DNA of 64,000 nucleotides from a virus. Its lineage: Duplodnaviria > Heunggongvirae > Uroviricota > Caudoviricetes. A model generated the notes under the pieces. The model did not search any database. It was not told where the DNA came from and was given only the letters and a program-made list of their open reading frames with translations. The DNA lies in IMG/VR virus record IMGVR_UViG_3300032315_001309, positions 12,305-76,304 of that record. One strand, given 5' to 3'. Below, piece after piece: positions 9,782-19,692 of this stretch (the stretch's first letter is position 1; every line of letters begins with the position of its first letter). Position numbers and translations under genes: made by a program.

Positions 9782-10291
9782 TTGAATATTTTTGTCACAT
9801 CACAATTTCCTGCAGAAAGTGCTATTGTACTTCCCGATAAACATATAACAAAAATGCCACTTGAATCATGTCAAATGCTTTCAATCGTTGCATCGAAGTG
9901 GTATCATGATTATGGTAATTTAATGAAATCTGATGGAACACCATACAAGACGGAAAAGGGAGCTTTTCGAAATCATCCATGCACTAAGTGGGCAGCCGAA
10001 TCAATTCATAATGCTTATTGGTTAATCAAGCATGGTATGAATCTATGTGATGAATTTCAACTACGTTATGGGAAGCCACACGCATGTTACAATACCTTAG
10101 TCGATGCGTATTACTTATTCCCTAAAGGTAAAATTACTGAAGTATCTTCTTTTGTGCGAGCGATGCCGGATGAATTTAAACTTGACGAAACCATTGACAC
10201 TTTTACTGCTTACAAGATGTACATTGGGTCCAAACCTTGGGTTGCATCTAATTATCTTCGTATGCCAAGCCGAAAGCCTGAATGGGTCTAA
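9782..10291 (+). CDS. conserved hypothetical protein (TTG start)
   Basis: 169-aa ORF whose only upstream in-frame start is TTG. A GTGAGGA ribosome-binding site lies 9 nt before it. No family assigned; a weak resemblance to EndoV-type glycosylase N-termini was not accepted. Confidence 0.4.
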   Translation: MNIFVTSQFPAESAIVLPDKHITKMPLESCQMLSIVASKWYHDYGNLMKSDGTPYKTEKGAFRNHPCTKWAAESIHNAYWLIKHGMNLCDEFQLRYGKPHACYNTLVDAYYLFPKGKITEVSSFVRAMPDEFKLDETIDTFTAYKMYIGSKPWVASNYLRMPSRKPEWV

Positions 10292-10389
10292 ATATTTTTA
10301 AAGACATTTATTACATAAAAATTATACAAAAATTTGTATAGTACAATTTAAAGCAAAATCCAAACCTTACAACAATAGATAAATTAAAA

Positions 10390-10644
10390 ATGAAATTTTT
10401 CATTTATTCCAAGAACAATTGCCCATACTGTGAAAAGATTAAAACTGTTATGGCGACGTATAATTTTGAACATGTAGTATATACTTTAGATGAGGATTTT
10501 ACTCGACAACAATTTATTGAGAAACATGGTATTGGTTCAACTTTCCCCCAAGTGATTATGCAAGAGGATCTTGGTTTGGAACGAATTAAATTGGGTGGCT
10601 GTGTGGATACGGTAAAATACCTAAGAGAAAATGGTTTTATATAA
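10390..10644 (+). CDS. nrdC: glutaredoxin (NrdC-like)
   Basis: CPYC active-site motif at residues 11-14 (SKNNCPYCEKIK). Thioredoxin-fold size of 84 aa. Confidence 0.7.
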   Translation: MKFFIYSKNNCPYCEKIKTVMATYNFEHVVYTLDEDFTRQQFIEKHGIGSTFPQVIMQEDLGLERIKLGGCVDTVKYLRENGFI

Positions 10645-10994
10645 TGGAAGAAGCATTTTATGATATAGAGAAAGCAATAGATTATGCTTTCACTGAAAGA
10701 AAATTCGTTATGAATTTCTACTCTTATTTAAAAGTGAAGAATGCAAGAAGAATCGATGCTCAGTCATTTAAAGAAAGCTTAACCGCTAGGAACATACGGA
10801 ATCTAGCCGAGGAATTACATCTTTATATTGATGGTGGACAGACAAATAATGCAAAAATGCTAAGAGAAGCATATGGGCATATTTCAAAACCCGAGGCCAG
10901 GAAAATCGAAAATTACCTTCTTAAGTTCATATCTGATTGCGATCAATATATTAAAGATAAAAATGCCAAAAAGGGAAGAAAGCAAGCTAAATAA
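10644..10994 (+). CDS. hypothetical protein
   Basis: 116-aa ORF. A possible overlapping small gene continues to 11139. Confidence 0.4.
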   Translation: MEEAFYDIEKAIDYAFTERKFVMNFYSYLKVKNARRIDAQSFKESLTARNIRNLAEELHLYIDGGQTNNAKMLREAYGHISKPEARKIENYLLKFISDCDQYIKDKNAKKGRKQAK

Positions 10995-11159
10995 TACAGG
11001 AAATCGAGGATTTGAATGGATGCTCGATTCGGAAAGTAATAATAAACAAAAGGAGGAATCTGTTTTTAGTTATAGATTTAAGAAATTTATTTCTTTTCTT
11101 TATGAGAGAATCAAATTCTTAAGAAATTATCCAAGATAAAAACTATTCGGAGAATATAA

Positions 11160-11417
11160 ATGTATACAATTGCTGTTTTTATGAGCGTTGTTTTAACATT
11201 ATTACTTTTTATTGTAGGGGGCATTGTTGGTTGGATCGCAACACTGTATTTGAATACTTTAGGTACGCAACAGCCTTTTATTCATCCAGAATTTTTTGAT
11301 AGTAACGGTAACATTATACCAGACGAGATCATTGCAGTAAGAATTACACCTAAATTAAACATTGAAGAAGACTATTATGACACAGACAGCAACGAGGAAG
11401 CCGAGGACTACAGCTAG
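11160..11417 (+). CDS. hypothetical membrane protein
   Basis: N-terminal transmembrane helix and acidic C-terminus. Confidence 0.3.
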   Translation: MYTIAVFMSVVLTLLLFIVGGIVGWIATLYLNTLGTQQPFIHPEFFDSNGNIIPDEIIAVRITPKLNIEEDYYDTDSNEEAEDYS

Positions 11418-11952
11418 TGCGGCAAAAAAGGTAAGTTTGGATTTACCAGCAAATCCTTTTCAACATGAAATACTAGAACTAGCATGTAAACAGAAAACAA
11501 AGGCTAAAAAAATTGAAGTTCTACAAAAATATGCTAACGACGCACTAACTAGTCTCATAATTTGGAATTATGATGATACAGTTATTACGCTATTACCTTT
11601 TGGGGATGTTCCATATTCAAAAGTCGCTGATATCTTACCTGGAAACTCGACTCTGACTGAATCGATCACTCATCAAATCGATGATAAAATGGTTGATGCC
11701 GTTGGTGGAAATCAAAGAACCACCCTAAGGACGGAATATACAAAATTCCATAATTTTATTCAGGGTGGAAATGATACTCTCAGCACCATTCGAAGAGAGA
11801 CTATTTTTATTCAACTTTTAGAGGGCCTACATCCCAAAGAAGCAGAAATCGTATGTTTGGTCAAGGATAAGAAATTGGCAACTAAGTATAATTTATCCTT
11901 TGATCTTATTAAGGAAGCCTACCCCCATATTGTCTGGGGTGGTAGATCCTAA
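11377..11952 (+). CDS. hypothetical protein
   Basis: The track start at 11362 is a TTG; the first ATG is at 11377. 191 aa. Confidence 0.4.
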   Translation: MTQTATRKPRTTASAAKKVSLDLPANPFQHEILELACKQKTKAKKIEVLQKYANDALTSLIIWNYDDTVITLLPFGDVPYSKVADILPGNSTLTESITHQIDDKMVDAVGGNQRTTLRTEYTKFHNFIQGGNDTLSTIRRETIFIQLLEGLHPKEAEIVCLVKDKKLATKYNLSFDLIKEAYPHIVWGGRS

Positions 11953-11985
11953 TTTATAAATTATAAAACAACAGAGAGAATACCA

Positions 11986-12177
11986 ATGTCAAATGGGTTC
12001 AGTAATTCTATTAAGGTCTCTTTACGTAAAGATGGCATTAATGAATTACTTAAAAAATATAAAAATGCTAAAAAAATAATGAAATCTAATTTATACCAAG
12101 TCCAGGTTATGGATGGCACTGAAAAATATATTTCATCATTGATTTGTGAAGCCAATGAGAACCCCCCTGACCTCTGA
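11986..12177 (+). CDS. hypothetical protein
   Basis: 63-aa ORF. The overlapping minus-strand ORF is judged spurious. Confidence 0.3.
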   Translation: MSNGFSNSIKVSLRKDGINELLKKYKNAKKIMKSNLYQVQVMDGTEKYISSLICEANENPPDL

Positions 12178-12503
12178 TGGGAAAACATTACTTACTAGAC
12201 CTATATGGTTGCGAATTTGAAGTATTAGATAATCTAGAATTTCTACTACAACTTCTAGTAGATTCGGCTCTTCTTTGTGGTGCAACTATTTTGAATAAGT
12301 GCTATCATAAATTTGAGCCACAAGGGGTTACAATTATTCTCTTATTGGCCGAGTCACATATTTCAATACATACTGTACCTGAGAAGGGAGAAGCATATGT
12401 TGATGTGTATACTTGTAGTATAGTAGATCCAGAAATTTCATGTCTTAAAATTATTGATGAAATAAAACCATCACGACATAATTTAAGATTATTTGATAGG
12501 TAG
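12177..12503 (+). CDS. speD: S-adenosylmethionine decarboxylase proenzyme (small prokaryotic class)
   Basis: HYLLDLYGC...LAESHISIHTVPE...YVDVYTC is the AdoMetDC signature, including the ES|S self-processing site (ESHIS). Confidence 0.75.
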   Translation: MGKHYLLDLYGCEFEVLDNLEFLLQLLVDSALLCGATILNKCYHKFEPQGVTIILLLAESHISIHTVPEKGEAYVDVYTCSIVDPEISCLKIIDEIKPSRHNLRLFDR

Positions 12504-12573
12504 GTGATTTGGAAAGTATCTAATCTTCCCTTTTTGGGTAAAATAATATAAACTTTAAGATATAGTGGTGTAT

Positions 12574-12813
12574 ATGCGAGACGAAAGAATTAAACTAATT
12601 ATTAAAAACATGGATCTTCTTCTTAGACAATTAAAGTTGGAATTTGAGGAAGATGTTGAACCGGAATTAACTGAAGAAAAATCTAACAAATCTAATTTGA
12701 TTAGTATTCGGGATTTACTTATGCCAGAGGATTATGAGGAACCTCCGTATTACGAAGAACCCGAAAAAGATTTACCCAATATTTCTGTAAGATGGAGAAA
12801 AGAAAATGTATGA
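12574..12813 (+). CDS. hypothetical acidic protein
   Basis: The track start at 12565 is a GTG; the ATG is at 12574. Confidence 0.3.
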   Translation: MRDERIKLIIKNMDLLLRQLKLEFEEDVEPELTEEKSNKSNLISIRDLLMPEDYEEPPYYEEPEKDLPNISVRWRKENV

Positions 12814-12969
12814 TTTAACTGACTTTGAAAAAGAACTGGGAAAATTTTCCGATAGAATTGAAATCATTGTTGCCCTTGAAATTGGGGGTAAGATTTCGGC
12901 AGATGATGCATATGCAATGGTTAAGGAAGAATATAAAAAATTAAAAAAAATGCATAAATCGAATTAATT

Positions 12970-13722
12970 ATGAAACCAATAAAAGCAAATGATCTTCTTG
13001 AATTAGATCAAAGATTACAGACTGTGCTTCTGCAGTGCTATCCAATTCCAGAGCAGGTCATTTATCAAGCAGGTAAGAATGATTATTCGGAAATTCCTAT
13101 TCATGAACAAGTAATACCGAACCCAAAAGAATGTGGTGAGTGGATTGTAAATGAACTTCTGAGTAATGATAAAGGCCATTATGGGCCACTGGAACATCCA
13201 GGTATTACTTTTTCTGTCTCTGGTTATGTACATAATGTAATGGTGCAAGGAAGAACTCATCGAATTGGAACATCGTGGGATGTTCAGTCACAGCGTTATA
13301 CTGGAAAGCGTGTGACCAAAGTTGCTACAGGCGAACTTGCAGTTGATGATGTTTTCTATATCCGTCCTCCTGGTTTTTATACAAACAGAAAAGGTAAAAA
13401 GTATGATTGGACGCAGGATGACTATAATGATGAATTGGAGTTTATTCTGCTGGGCTGTAAGCGATATGCACAAAAATATGAAAAGGGAATGTGTGAGGAA
13501 CATATTCGGGACTATCTAGTGCAAGCAATTCGTCAAAATTTTGTGGTTTCATTTAATCTCCGGTCTGTTCTACACTTTTTGGACCTGAGAGCCAAAATGG
13601 ATGCACAATTAGAAATTCAGGCCCTTTGTGCTCAACTTGCCCCACTACTTGAAAGATGGGCACCTAATGTTTGGAAGTATTATGAGCTAAAGCGATTACA
13701 TCGAGCTAAACTAAGTCCATAA
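12970..13722 (+). CDS. thyX: flavin-dependent thymidylate synthase ThyX
   Basis: RTHRIGTSWDVQSQRYTG matches the ThyX motif (RHRxxSxxxxSxRY). 250 aa. Confidence 0.75.
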   Translation: MKPIKANDLLELDQRLQTVLLQCYPIPEQVIYQAGKNDYSEIPIHEQVIPNPKECGEWIVNELLSNDKGHYGPLEHPGITFSVSGYVHNVMVQGRTHRIGTSWDVQSQRYTGKRVTKVATGELAVDDVFYIRPPGFYTNRKGKKYDWTQDDYNDELEFILLGCKRYAQKYEKGMCEEHIRDYLVQAIRQNFVVSFNLRSVLHFLDLRAKMDAQLEIQALCAQLAPLLERWAPNVWKYYELKRLHRAKLSP

Positions 13723-13938
13723 ATAAATCGCCAGATAAGTGGAATTATGAGAAATTGGTGCGTAAAAGTCGTCAAAACTGGCGACATATTTAAGGTATTT
13801 TTAACTGAAAATGAATTTAGAGAGTTTCTTGCTGAGAATCCAGAAATAGGAGAGTGTATCGAGTGCGTCGATTGTGACGATGCGCCATCACTATTAATCG
13901 AATAAATAGAACACATTCATATAATTGAGGTTCAGTAC

Positions 13939-14187
13939 TTGGCCATTTATCCGATATATAATCCGGTAACGGGAGAAAAAAGAGTTGTTGAAATGAGCGT
14001 ACATGAAATTACACAATGGTATAAAGATAATCCCCCCTGGTCTAGGGATTGGGGTGAAGGTTGCGCTTCTATTGGGTCTGAAGGTGAATGGAAGGATAAA
14101 TTAAATAAATCTCACCCATCATGGAATGAGATTCTAAAAAATGCAAAAAAAACTGGTGGTATGAATTCAAGAGTGGAGACTTTATGA
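13939..14187 (+). CDS. hypothetical protein (TTG start, or ATG further downstream)
   Basis: 82-aa ORF. A GAGG ribosome-binding site precedes the TTG. Confidence 0.3.
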   Translation: MAIYPIYNPVTGEKRVVEMSVHEITQWYKDNPPWSRDWGEGCASIGSEGEWKDKLNKSHPSWNEILKNAKKTGGMNSRVETL

Positions 14188-14951
14188 CAAGAGCACGGCG
14201 TAAAACACGGCAACAAGCAAACATTCCATTAAACAAGAAAAAGACTCAAAATCCTTTAGTAACATTAGATCATTTAATTGAGTTACAGCCACTCACTGAA
14301 AATCAAGAAAAACTATTTGCTGCTTACGATAAAGGAAAAAATATCGTCGCTCATGGGTATCCTGGTACAGGAAAGAGCCTATGCTTGCTCTACAAGGCCC
14401 TAGAAGACGTTCTAGACCCCAAGACGCCCTACAAGAAGGTCATCATGGTAAGATCCACTGTAGCCACCAGAGACATTGGATTTCTGAAGGGCAGTGTGGA
14501 AGAAAAAATTGGTGAGTATGAAAAGCCATATAAGTACATGATCAAAAATCTTTTTGATTTTAACTCAGATGAGCAGTATGAACTTCTTTATGGGAATTTA
14601 AAGGCACAGAAATCATTCTATTTCATGTCAACTAGTTTTGTTCGTGGAATGACCTTTGATGAATGTGTTTTGATTGTTGATGAATTTTCTAATATGTCTT
14701 TTCATGAATTGGATTCTTTGATTACTCGTGTTGGTATGGATTGTAAGATTCATTTCAGCGGTGATTTAGAGCAAACCGACCTCATCAAGACAGCTGAAAA
14801 AAATGGTGCCCCATCATTTCTTCGAATTCTTAGGGAAATGAATTCATTTGAGAGAATTGATTTTGAAGTAGATGATATTATTCGTTCTGGTACCGTCAAA
14901 GAATATATTATGGCTAAAAATAAGCTTGGCTTGTTCTCAAATCCCAGTTGA
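14184..14951 (+). CDS. phoH: PhoH-like ATPase
   Basis: Walker A GYPGTGKS plus the PhoH-type downstream motifs (VRSTVATRDIGFLKGS, Walker B VLIVDEFSNM). Confidence 0.75.
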   Translation: MTRARRKTRQQANIPLNKKKTQNPLVTLDHLIELQPLTENQEKLFAAYDKGKNIVAHGYPGTGKSLCLLYKALEDVLDPKTPYKKVIMVRSTVATRDIGFLKGSVEEKIGEYEKPYKYMIKNLFDFNSDEQYELLYGNLKAQKSFYFMSTSFVRGMTFDECVLIVDEFSNMSFHELDSLITRVGMDCKIHFSGDLEQTDLIKTAEKNGAPSFLRILREMNSFERIDFEVDDIIRSGTVKEYIMAKNKLGLFSNPS

Positions 14952-14966
14952 CAAACTGGCCTTTTT

Positions 14967-15671
14967 GTGCTAAGATTTGAGCATGTACAAAAAGGCCAAA
15001 TGCAATTTACACATAATATTCTGGATGTTCCTAAATTAAAGAGATTTCATCTCGACGGTAAGAGATTCTATCAAAATCCCAATTCCGATACGATAAAAAA
15101 TTATATTTCGATCACGACTATTACTTCACATTACAATAAAGAGAAGTTTAAGGCGTGGAGAGAAAGAGTCGGAGAAGAAGAAGCCAATAGGATTACGAAT
15201 GCCGCGACTAGTCGTGGTACACAAATGCATACTTTGGTGGAGCACTATATTGGAAACGAACCACTTCCAAAAGCTGCCCCACTACCAAGAATGTTGTTTG
15301 ACGTAGCAAGGCCAGAGTTAAATAAGATAAATAATATATTAGGTATCGAAATTCCACTCTTTTCAGAGTATTTCGGTATAGCCGGTACTTGCGATACTAT
15401 TGCCGAATATAATAATATTCTAAGCATTATTGACTACAAGTCTTCCGAAAAACCAAAACCGAGAGAATGGATTGATTCATATTTCGTTCAAGCATTGGCT
15501 TATAGTATAATGCTTTATGAAATGACCGGAATTAAGGCAAAACAACTTGTCATTATTATGGCATGTGAAAATGGAGAGGTTGAAGTTTATATCGAAACCG
15601 ATTTCAAAAAATACCTCAAAATGCTTGTCGAATACATCAAAAAATTTAAACAGGATCATGACAGCAACTAA
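14967..15671 (+). CDS. PD-(D/E)XK nuclease superfamily protein (Cas4/RecB-like exonuclease fold)
   Basis: GTCDT...IIDYKS (D...D-x-K) followed by QALAY (QxxxY) gives the RecB-family motif order. Start is GTG at 14967 or the downstream ATG. Confidence 0.45.
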   Translation: MLRFEHVQKGQMQFTHNILDVPKLKRFHLDGKRFYQNPNSDTIKNYISITTITSHYNKEKFKAWRERVGEEEANRITNAATSRGTQMHTLVEHYIGNEPLPKAAPLPRMLFDVARPELNKINNILGIEIPLFSEYFGIAGTCDTIAEYNNILSIIDYKSSEKPKPREWIDSYFVQALAYSIMLYEMTGIKAKQLVIIMACENGEVEVYIETDFKKYLKMLVEYIKKFKQDHDSN

Positions 15672-15930
15672 TTATAAACAAGAATTACAAGAAGAACTAG
15701 AGAAGAAGTTTCACTCACCTGAAAAATTTGCACAGGGAGTCGAACTAATACTAAAGACAAATGCAGAACATAATTACATTACTGCGATTGTGGAATATTG
15801 TGAACTAAATCAAATAGACATTGAACTTGTACCCAAGCTCATGACAAAGCCACTAAAAGAAAAACTTAAGTGGACTGCAATGGAACTAAACTTTCTGAAA
15901 AAAACTTCTCTCGGTAAATTGCCAATCTGA
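15658..15930 (+). CDS. hypothetical protein (position upstream of gp59, as dsbA is in T4)
   Basis: The track ORF at 15547 overlaps the previous gene. The first ATG clear of the overlap is at 15658. Confidence 0.35.
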   Translation: MTATNYKQELQEELEKKFHSPEKFAQGVELILKTNAEHNYITAIVEYCELNQIDIELVPKLMTKPLKEKLKWTAMELNFLKKTSLGKLPI

Positions 15931-15940
15931 ACAATTACTT

Positions 15941-16543
15941 ATGTTGACCCCATATGATGTTTATGTGCTTTATTTGGCCTTGAAGTTACACTTCACTAGT
16001 CCCAGTTATAATTATTTCAAATATGGTGGAAAAATTAAGGCAAACGTACAATCCTTTAATAAACGGAAAGATCGATATTTCTTTGAGCACTTATCTAGAA
16101 AAAAACAAAAAACGGATTTGATCAATTATTTTGTATCTAACTTTATTGTATCTTCCGACCTATCAAAAATGTGGGTTGGTGAACTTAGAGAAAAGGGTGA
16201 TGATAACTACATTAAATGGAAAAGCAGAATACAATCTTTGCGTTATCTATTTGCACAAGATATTAATACTTTAATTAGAGAAGATCATATATACGAGACT
16301 TTGGTAGCCAAACCAAATACGCATCCTAAAGCCGTTAAATATTATTTGTCTGGTAAAATTTCATTAGAGACTCTAGTTATATTAAACGATATTACGTCTT
16401 TTGCTGATAAATTAGAGTCATCTTTGAGTCACGATCCGATATTTCATATCGTGTTAAATAAGATAAGAAAGTATAAATCATTTTTTGTTTATGACAAGCC
16501 GTCATATGTAGAAGAATTTAAGGCCAAAATTTTTATTAAGTAA
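15941..16543 (+). CDS. 59: gp59 helicase-loading protein
   Basis: YDVYVLYLALKLHF and KRKDRYFFEHLSRK resemble T4 gp59 (SVYKLYLMIKQH, KRRDKYFFQKLSEK). It lies immediately upstream of gene 32, as in T4. Confidence 0.65.
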   Translation: MLTPYDVYVLYLALKLHFTSPSYNYFKYGGKIKANVQSFNKRKDRYFFEHLSRKKQKTDLINYFVSNFIVSSDLSKMWVGELREKGDDNYIKWKSRIQSLRYLFAQDINTLIREDHIYETLVAKPNTHPKAVKYYLSGKISLETLVILNDITSFADKLESSLSHDPIFHIVLNKIRKYKSFFVYDKPSYVEEFKAKIFIK

Positions 16544-16602
16544 TTTTCGGGTTGGTAAACCCAGTAAAAAAGTTTCCAATGTACCGTTATTTAAAAATTA
16601 AA

Positions 16603-17553
16603 ATGGATTTCAAACAACTAAAAAAAGCATCTTCCCTTGGTAGTCTTACCGAAAAACTTCTACAGGAAGCGGAAAAAATGGGAGGTGGTGCATCCATGAA
16701 GGATGATCGCATCTTCTCTGTTGAGCGTGATAAGGCTGGTCTAGGCTTTGCTGTCGTTCGCTTTATGCCTGCTCCACCAAATGAGGATCATACATTCGTA
16801 AAACTTTATAATCATGGATTTAAGGTGAATGGTAAGTGGCTAATTGAAAACTGCCCGACTACTATTGGCGATCAGTGCCCAATTTGCACCTCAAACACTG
16901 CACTATATGATACAGGTATTGACGCAAATAAGAAAATTGGCTCTCAGCGTAAACGTAAACTAAGCTTCTATAGTAATGTTTATATCGTAAAGAACCCTTC
17001 AAATCCTTCTCTAGAAGGAACAGTAATGCTGTATCGCTTCGGTCAGAAAATCTTTGACAAGATTAAGTCTGCAATGAAACCCGAATTTGAAGATGATACC
17101 GCAATCAATCCTTTTGATCTGTGGGAAGGTGCAAATTTCAAAATCAAAGTGAAGACCGTGAAGGAATCTTCTGGTCAATCATATCCAAACTACGATGATA
17201 GTGTTTTTGAATCACCTGCGCCCTTTTTGGGTGGTGATGATGAAGAGCTAGAAAAAGTATGGAGGCAGTGTTATTCACTTGCAGATCTTGTCTCTTCAGA
17301 TAAGTTCAAGACTTATGATGATCTTGAAAAGCGCCTTAACATCGTTCTTGGTACCAAGGCTACTGCGAGTTCCACTCAGCGGCAGGAAGAAGAACTAGAA
17401 GAAACATTTAGTTCGCCTTCTACAGATTCCAAGGAAGATATTATGCAGGAACTGGAAAAATCATACAATAAATCAAAGTCTGATGAGGGCGAAGATCAGG
17501 ATGATGATGATTTCGATGACTCTCTTGCTCGGTTCAAAGAACTAGCCAATTGA
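16603..17553 (+). CDS. 32: gp32 single-stranded DNA-binding protein
   Basis: VVRFMPAPPNEDHTFVKLYNHGFKVNGKWLIENCPTTIGDQCPIC aligns with T4 gp32 (IRFLPS...VNHGFKKNGKWYIETCSS). Acidic C-terminal tail. Start chosen at the ATG giving MDFKQLKKAS (like the T4 MFKRKST); the track start at 16552 is a TTG. Confidence 0.8.
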   Translation: MDFKQLKKASSLGSLTEKLLQEAEKMGGGASMKDDRIFSVERDKAGLGFAVVRFMPAPPNEDHTFVKLYNHGFKVNGKWLIENCPTTIGDQCPICTSNTALYDTGIDANKKIGSQRKRKLSFYSNVYIVKNPSNPSLEGTVMLYRFGQKIFDKIKSAMKPEFEDDTAINPFDLWEGANFKIKVKTVKESSGQSYPNYDDSVFESPAPFLGGDDEELEKVWRQCYSLADLVSSDKFKTYDDLEKRLNIVLGTKATASSTQRQEEELEETFSSPSTDSKEDIMQELEKSYNKSKSDEGEDQDDDDFDDSLARFKELAN

Positions 17554-17566
17554 CCTTGAATATTCT

Positions 17567-17590
17567 GGCTCCCATTTGGGGGCCTTTTTT
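17567..17590. terminator. bidirectional rho-independent terminator between convergent gene 32 and gene 53
   Basis: GGCTCCC-ATTT-GGGGGCC stem-loop followed by TTTTTT. Confidence 0.5.
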
Positions 17591-18317
17591 ATTGGTTAAA
17601 AATTTTAGTATTTTCTCCCCTTTTCAATTTTCTGTCTACGTATTGAGTACCACCTTCCTTATATGTCATAATATCTTCAAGATTTTCAAATAATATATTT
17701 AAATATTGCGCCTTCAATAAAAATATTTCTCTTTTTCTTTCTTCTTTATTGATCTCATAATCATAATTAGTAACTACTTTTATTAGCTCTGTGGATGGTA
17801 CTGATACGGTAACTTCTAGATCACTATCATAATACTCATAAGAATAAGCACTTTCAGATTCCCCTACCAACTCGATAAAATTACCGTTTGTTTTCCATGT
17901 CGAATTTACCTGAGTTCCTTCAGGTAAAAGAATTCTTTCTCTAGAATCTTTAACCTCAATTGTCTCGTAGTGATGAATTCCCTGATAGAGTGCTTCATAT
18001 GATCCGTATTTTTGAATCATGACTTTATCAAAAGAATCTTGAGATAGTGGCCATTCATCTTGAACACTTAGGTAATTATTTGAGAGGAAAATAACCCAAT
18101 CTAGAGTTGAATCGCCATAAATTTTCTGTGCCACATTATATGGTTTCTCATCACCTTCGATATTATACTTTTCAAAGAAAGATAGTTCATTGAAAATTTC
18201 TTCAAATATTTTACCTTTTCTGAAGAAGTTTTTTATCTGTATATAATCGTTTATTTTAGCATTTGGTAGTCTGCTAACATAATTAAAATTAGGAACGCTT
18301 CTAAAATAGTGTGCCAT
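17589..18317 (-). CDS. 53: baseplate wedge protein gp53
   Basis: IYGDSTLDWVIFLSNNY resembles T4 gp53 (IYGNPQLYWVLLMCNDNY). 242 aa. Confidence 0.55.
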   Translation of the reverse strand: MAHYFRSVPNFNYVSRLPNAKINDYIQIKNFFRKGKIFEEIFNELSFFEKYNIEGDEKPYNVAQKIYGDSTLDWVIFLSNNYLSVQDEWPLSQDSFDKVMIQKYGSYEALYQGIHHYETIEVKDSRERILLPEGTQVNSTWKTNGNFIELVGESESAYSYEYYDSDLEVTVSVPSTELIKVVTNYDYEINKEERKREIFLLKAQYLNILFENLEDIMTYKEGGTQYVDRKLKRGENTKIFNQ

Positions 18318-19681
18318 TAGTATCCGATTGAGTGCTCATTGTCATAATCATTATCGTATATAGGAGTTAACTCCTTAAATTGCAAACCTAAGTTATACAT
18401 AAACATCGTTTTATCTTCATCGTCAAATGTCATATAGCTTCCCATTGGAGTATAATCGACTGCACATGATTGTAGAGCACATAATTTAATCTTATTTAAT
18501 GATCGATGTTCTTTTGTACCTGACAGATATTCTACCTTAAACACATATGGTGATTGTAGAAATACTTTACTTTCAGTATTTCTTACTGCCATATTTTTTT
18601 TGAAAAATTTGATGATTTGTTTTATTTTCTTTGCCTCTAGTTCAGCTTTAGGAATCATGCTGAAATTAAATACAAATGATCTTAATTGTGGTCCTCTGAA
18701 TAATAGCTCTAAGTTTGGATTGAATATCGCCCCTGTGGCTCTTGTCAATAATCCACCAACCCCAACAGCTTGTCCTGCAAGACTTAATCGTACCATATTT
18801 GCAAATTCTGGAGTTTTAGTAGCATAATCTAGAAGCGCATCGGTTTGATCTATAGCTTTCTGGCCCTCATTGACCATAAGATTTAATGATATTTCAGCCA
18901 ACCGCCTTTGTAGGGGATTCATTAAATCCTCGTTCCAATCAACGGTATTAGAATCTGATATTTTCGTTATTGGTAAATAAACAACAGAAGAATCTGGCAC
19001 TAGTTCATAATTGTCATATTCACTAGCTGTTAATTGAGATTTATATATATCAGCTAAATTTAAATTATCCCCAACGGTTGTTACATTTGGGCTGGTTATA
19101 TTTCTAGTTTTATTCTTCCACACAGAAAACTTTATCCTATCTTGACCATCTTTCATGTCACTTGGATACACTAATAATGGCGAAACTTTTCTGCCAATGT
19201 TGCCGGTCCCAACTACAGGTGTTGCTAATACTGAGGCATTTCCAATTGTTTCTGTTATTTTTGCAGTTCCTGGGCTTATATTACTTTTATTTTCTAATTT
19301 ATATTCTTCAATCGTTTCGTTTGCTTGGCCTTTTATTATTGTTCCCCATTTAGCTGGATCTTGCTTTATTTCTGGTGATGTTATTGTAGTTGTGGCTAAC
19401 TTATTTCCATTTAGTATAGCATTAACTCCCAAATATAAAACTTCACCATTATCTAGATTATATGTTGTTACTAGTTTATCATCTCCTCTTTGTCTTATTT
19501 TGTTGTAATCCTGTTGATTTATTCTTTTATATAAAACAACAACAGAGGAAGTTCTACCGTCAGCCGGTAAAAAATCATTACCAACTGTTCTTCCTTCTAC
19601 TCCAACATAATATCGATCCTTTGTATTTGGACCTAAGAATGGCTTTATTGAAATTAATTCTTCTACTATCGGTACGGCCAT
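18317..19681 (-). CDS. baseplate structural protein, gp48-like (tail-tube cap / tube-related)
   Basis: 454 aa on the minus strand, placed between gp53 and gp4 as gp48 is in T4-like cyanophages. The assignment rests on position and size only. Confidence 0.4.
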   Translation of the reverse strand: MAVPIVEELISIKPFLGPNTKDRYYVGVEGRTVGNDFLPADGRTSSVVVLYKRINQQDYNKIRQRGDDKLVTTYNLDNGEVLYLGVNAILNGNKLATTTITSPEIKQDPAKWGTIIKGQANETIEEYKLENKSNISPGTAKITETIGNASVLATPVVGTGNIGRKVSPLLVYPSDMKDGQDRIKFSVWKNKTRNITSPNVTTVGDNLNLADIYKSQLTASEYDNYELVPDSSVVYLPITKISDSNTVDWNEDLMNPLQRRLAEISLNLMVNEGQKAIDQTDALLDYATKTPEFANMVRLSLAGQAVGVGGLLTRATGAIFNPNLELLFRGPQLRSFVFNFSMIPKAELEAKKIKQIIKFFKKNMAVRNTESKVFLQSPYVFKVEYLSGTKEHRSLNKIKLCALQSCAVDYTPMGSYMTFDDEDKTMFMYNLGLQFKELTPIYDNDYDNEHSIGY

Positions 19682-19692
19682 CTATTTTTTAG

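Noticed and set aside
9782-10291. Pyrimidine-dimer glycosylase (T4 EndoV/DenV-like) assignment for this ORF
   Set aside because: Only a loose resemblance of the N-terminal segment (DKH...E) to the EndoV active-site region. The overall pattern could not be matched from memory, so it is left as a conserved hypothetical.
10873-11139. 88-aa ORF in an alternate frame overlapping the end of ORF 10644-10994
   Set aside because: Most of it overlaps a better-supported gene. Only its last about 145 nt (10995-11139) are otherwise unassigned. A short separate gene starting at an internal ATG is possible but unsupported.
16552-16602. N-terminal extension of gene 32 from the track ORF start
   Set aside because: The track start is a TTG with no Shine-Dalgarno sequence. 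The internal ATG yields an N-terminus (MDFKQLKKAS) analogous to the basic N-terminus of T4 gp32.
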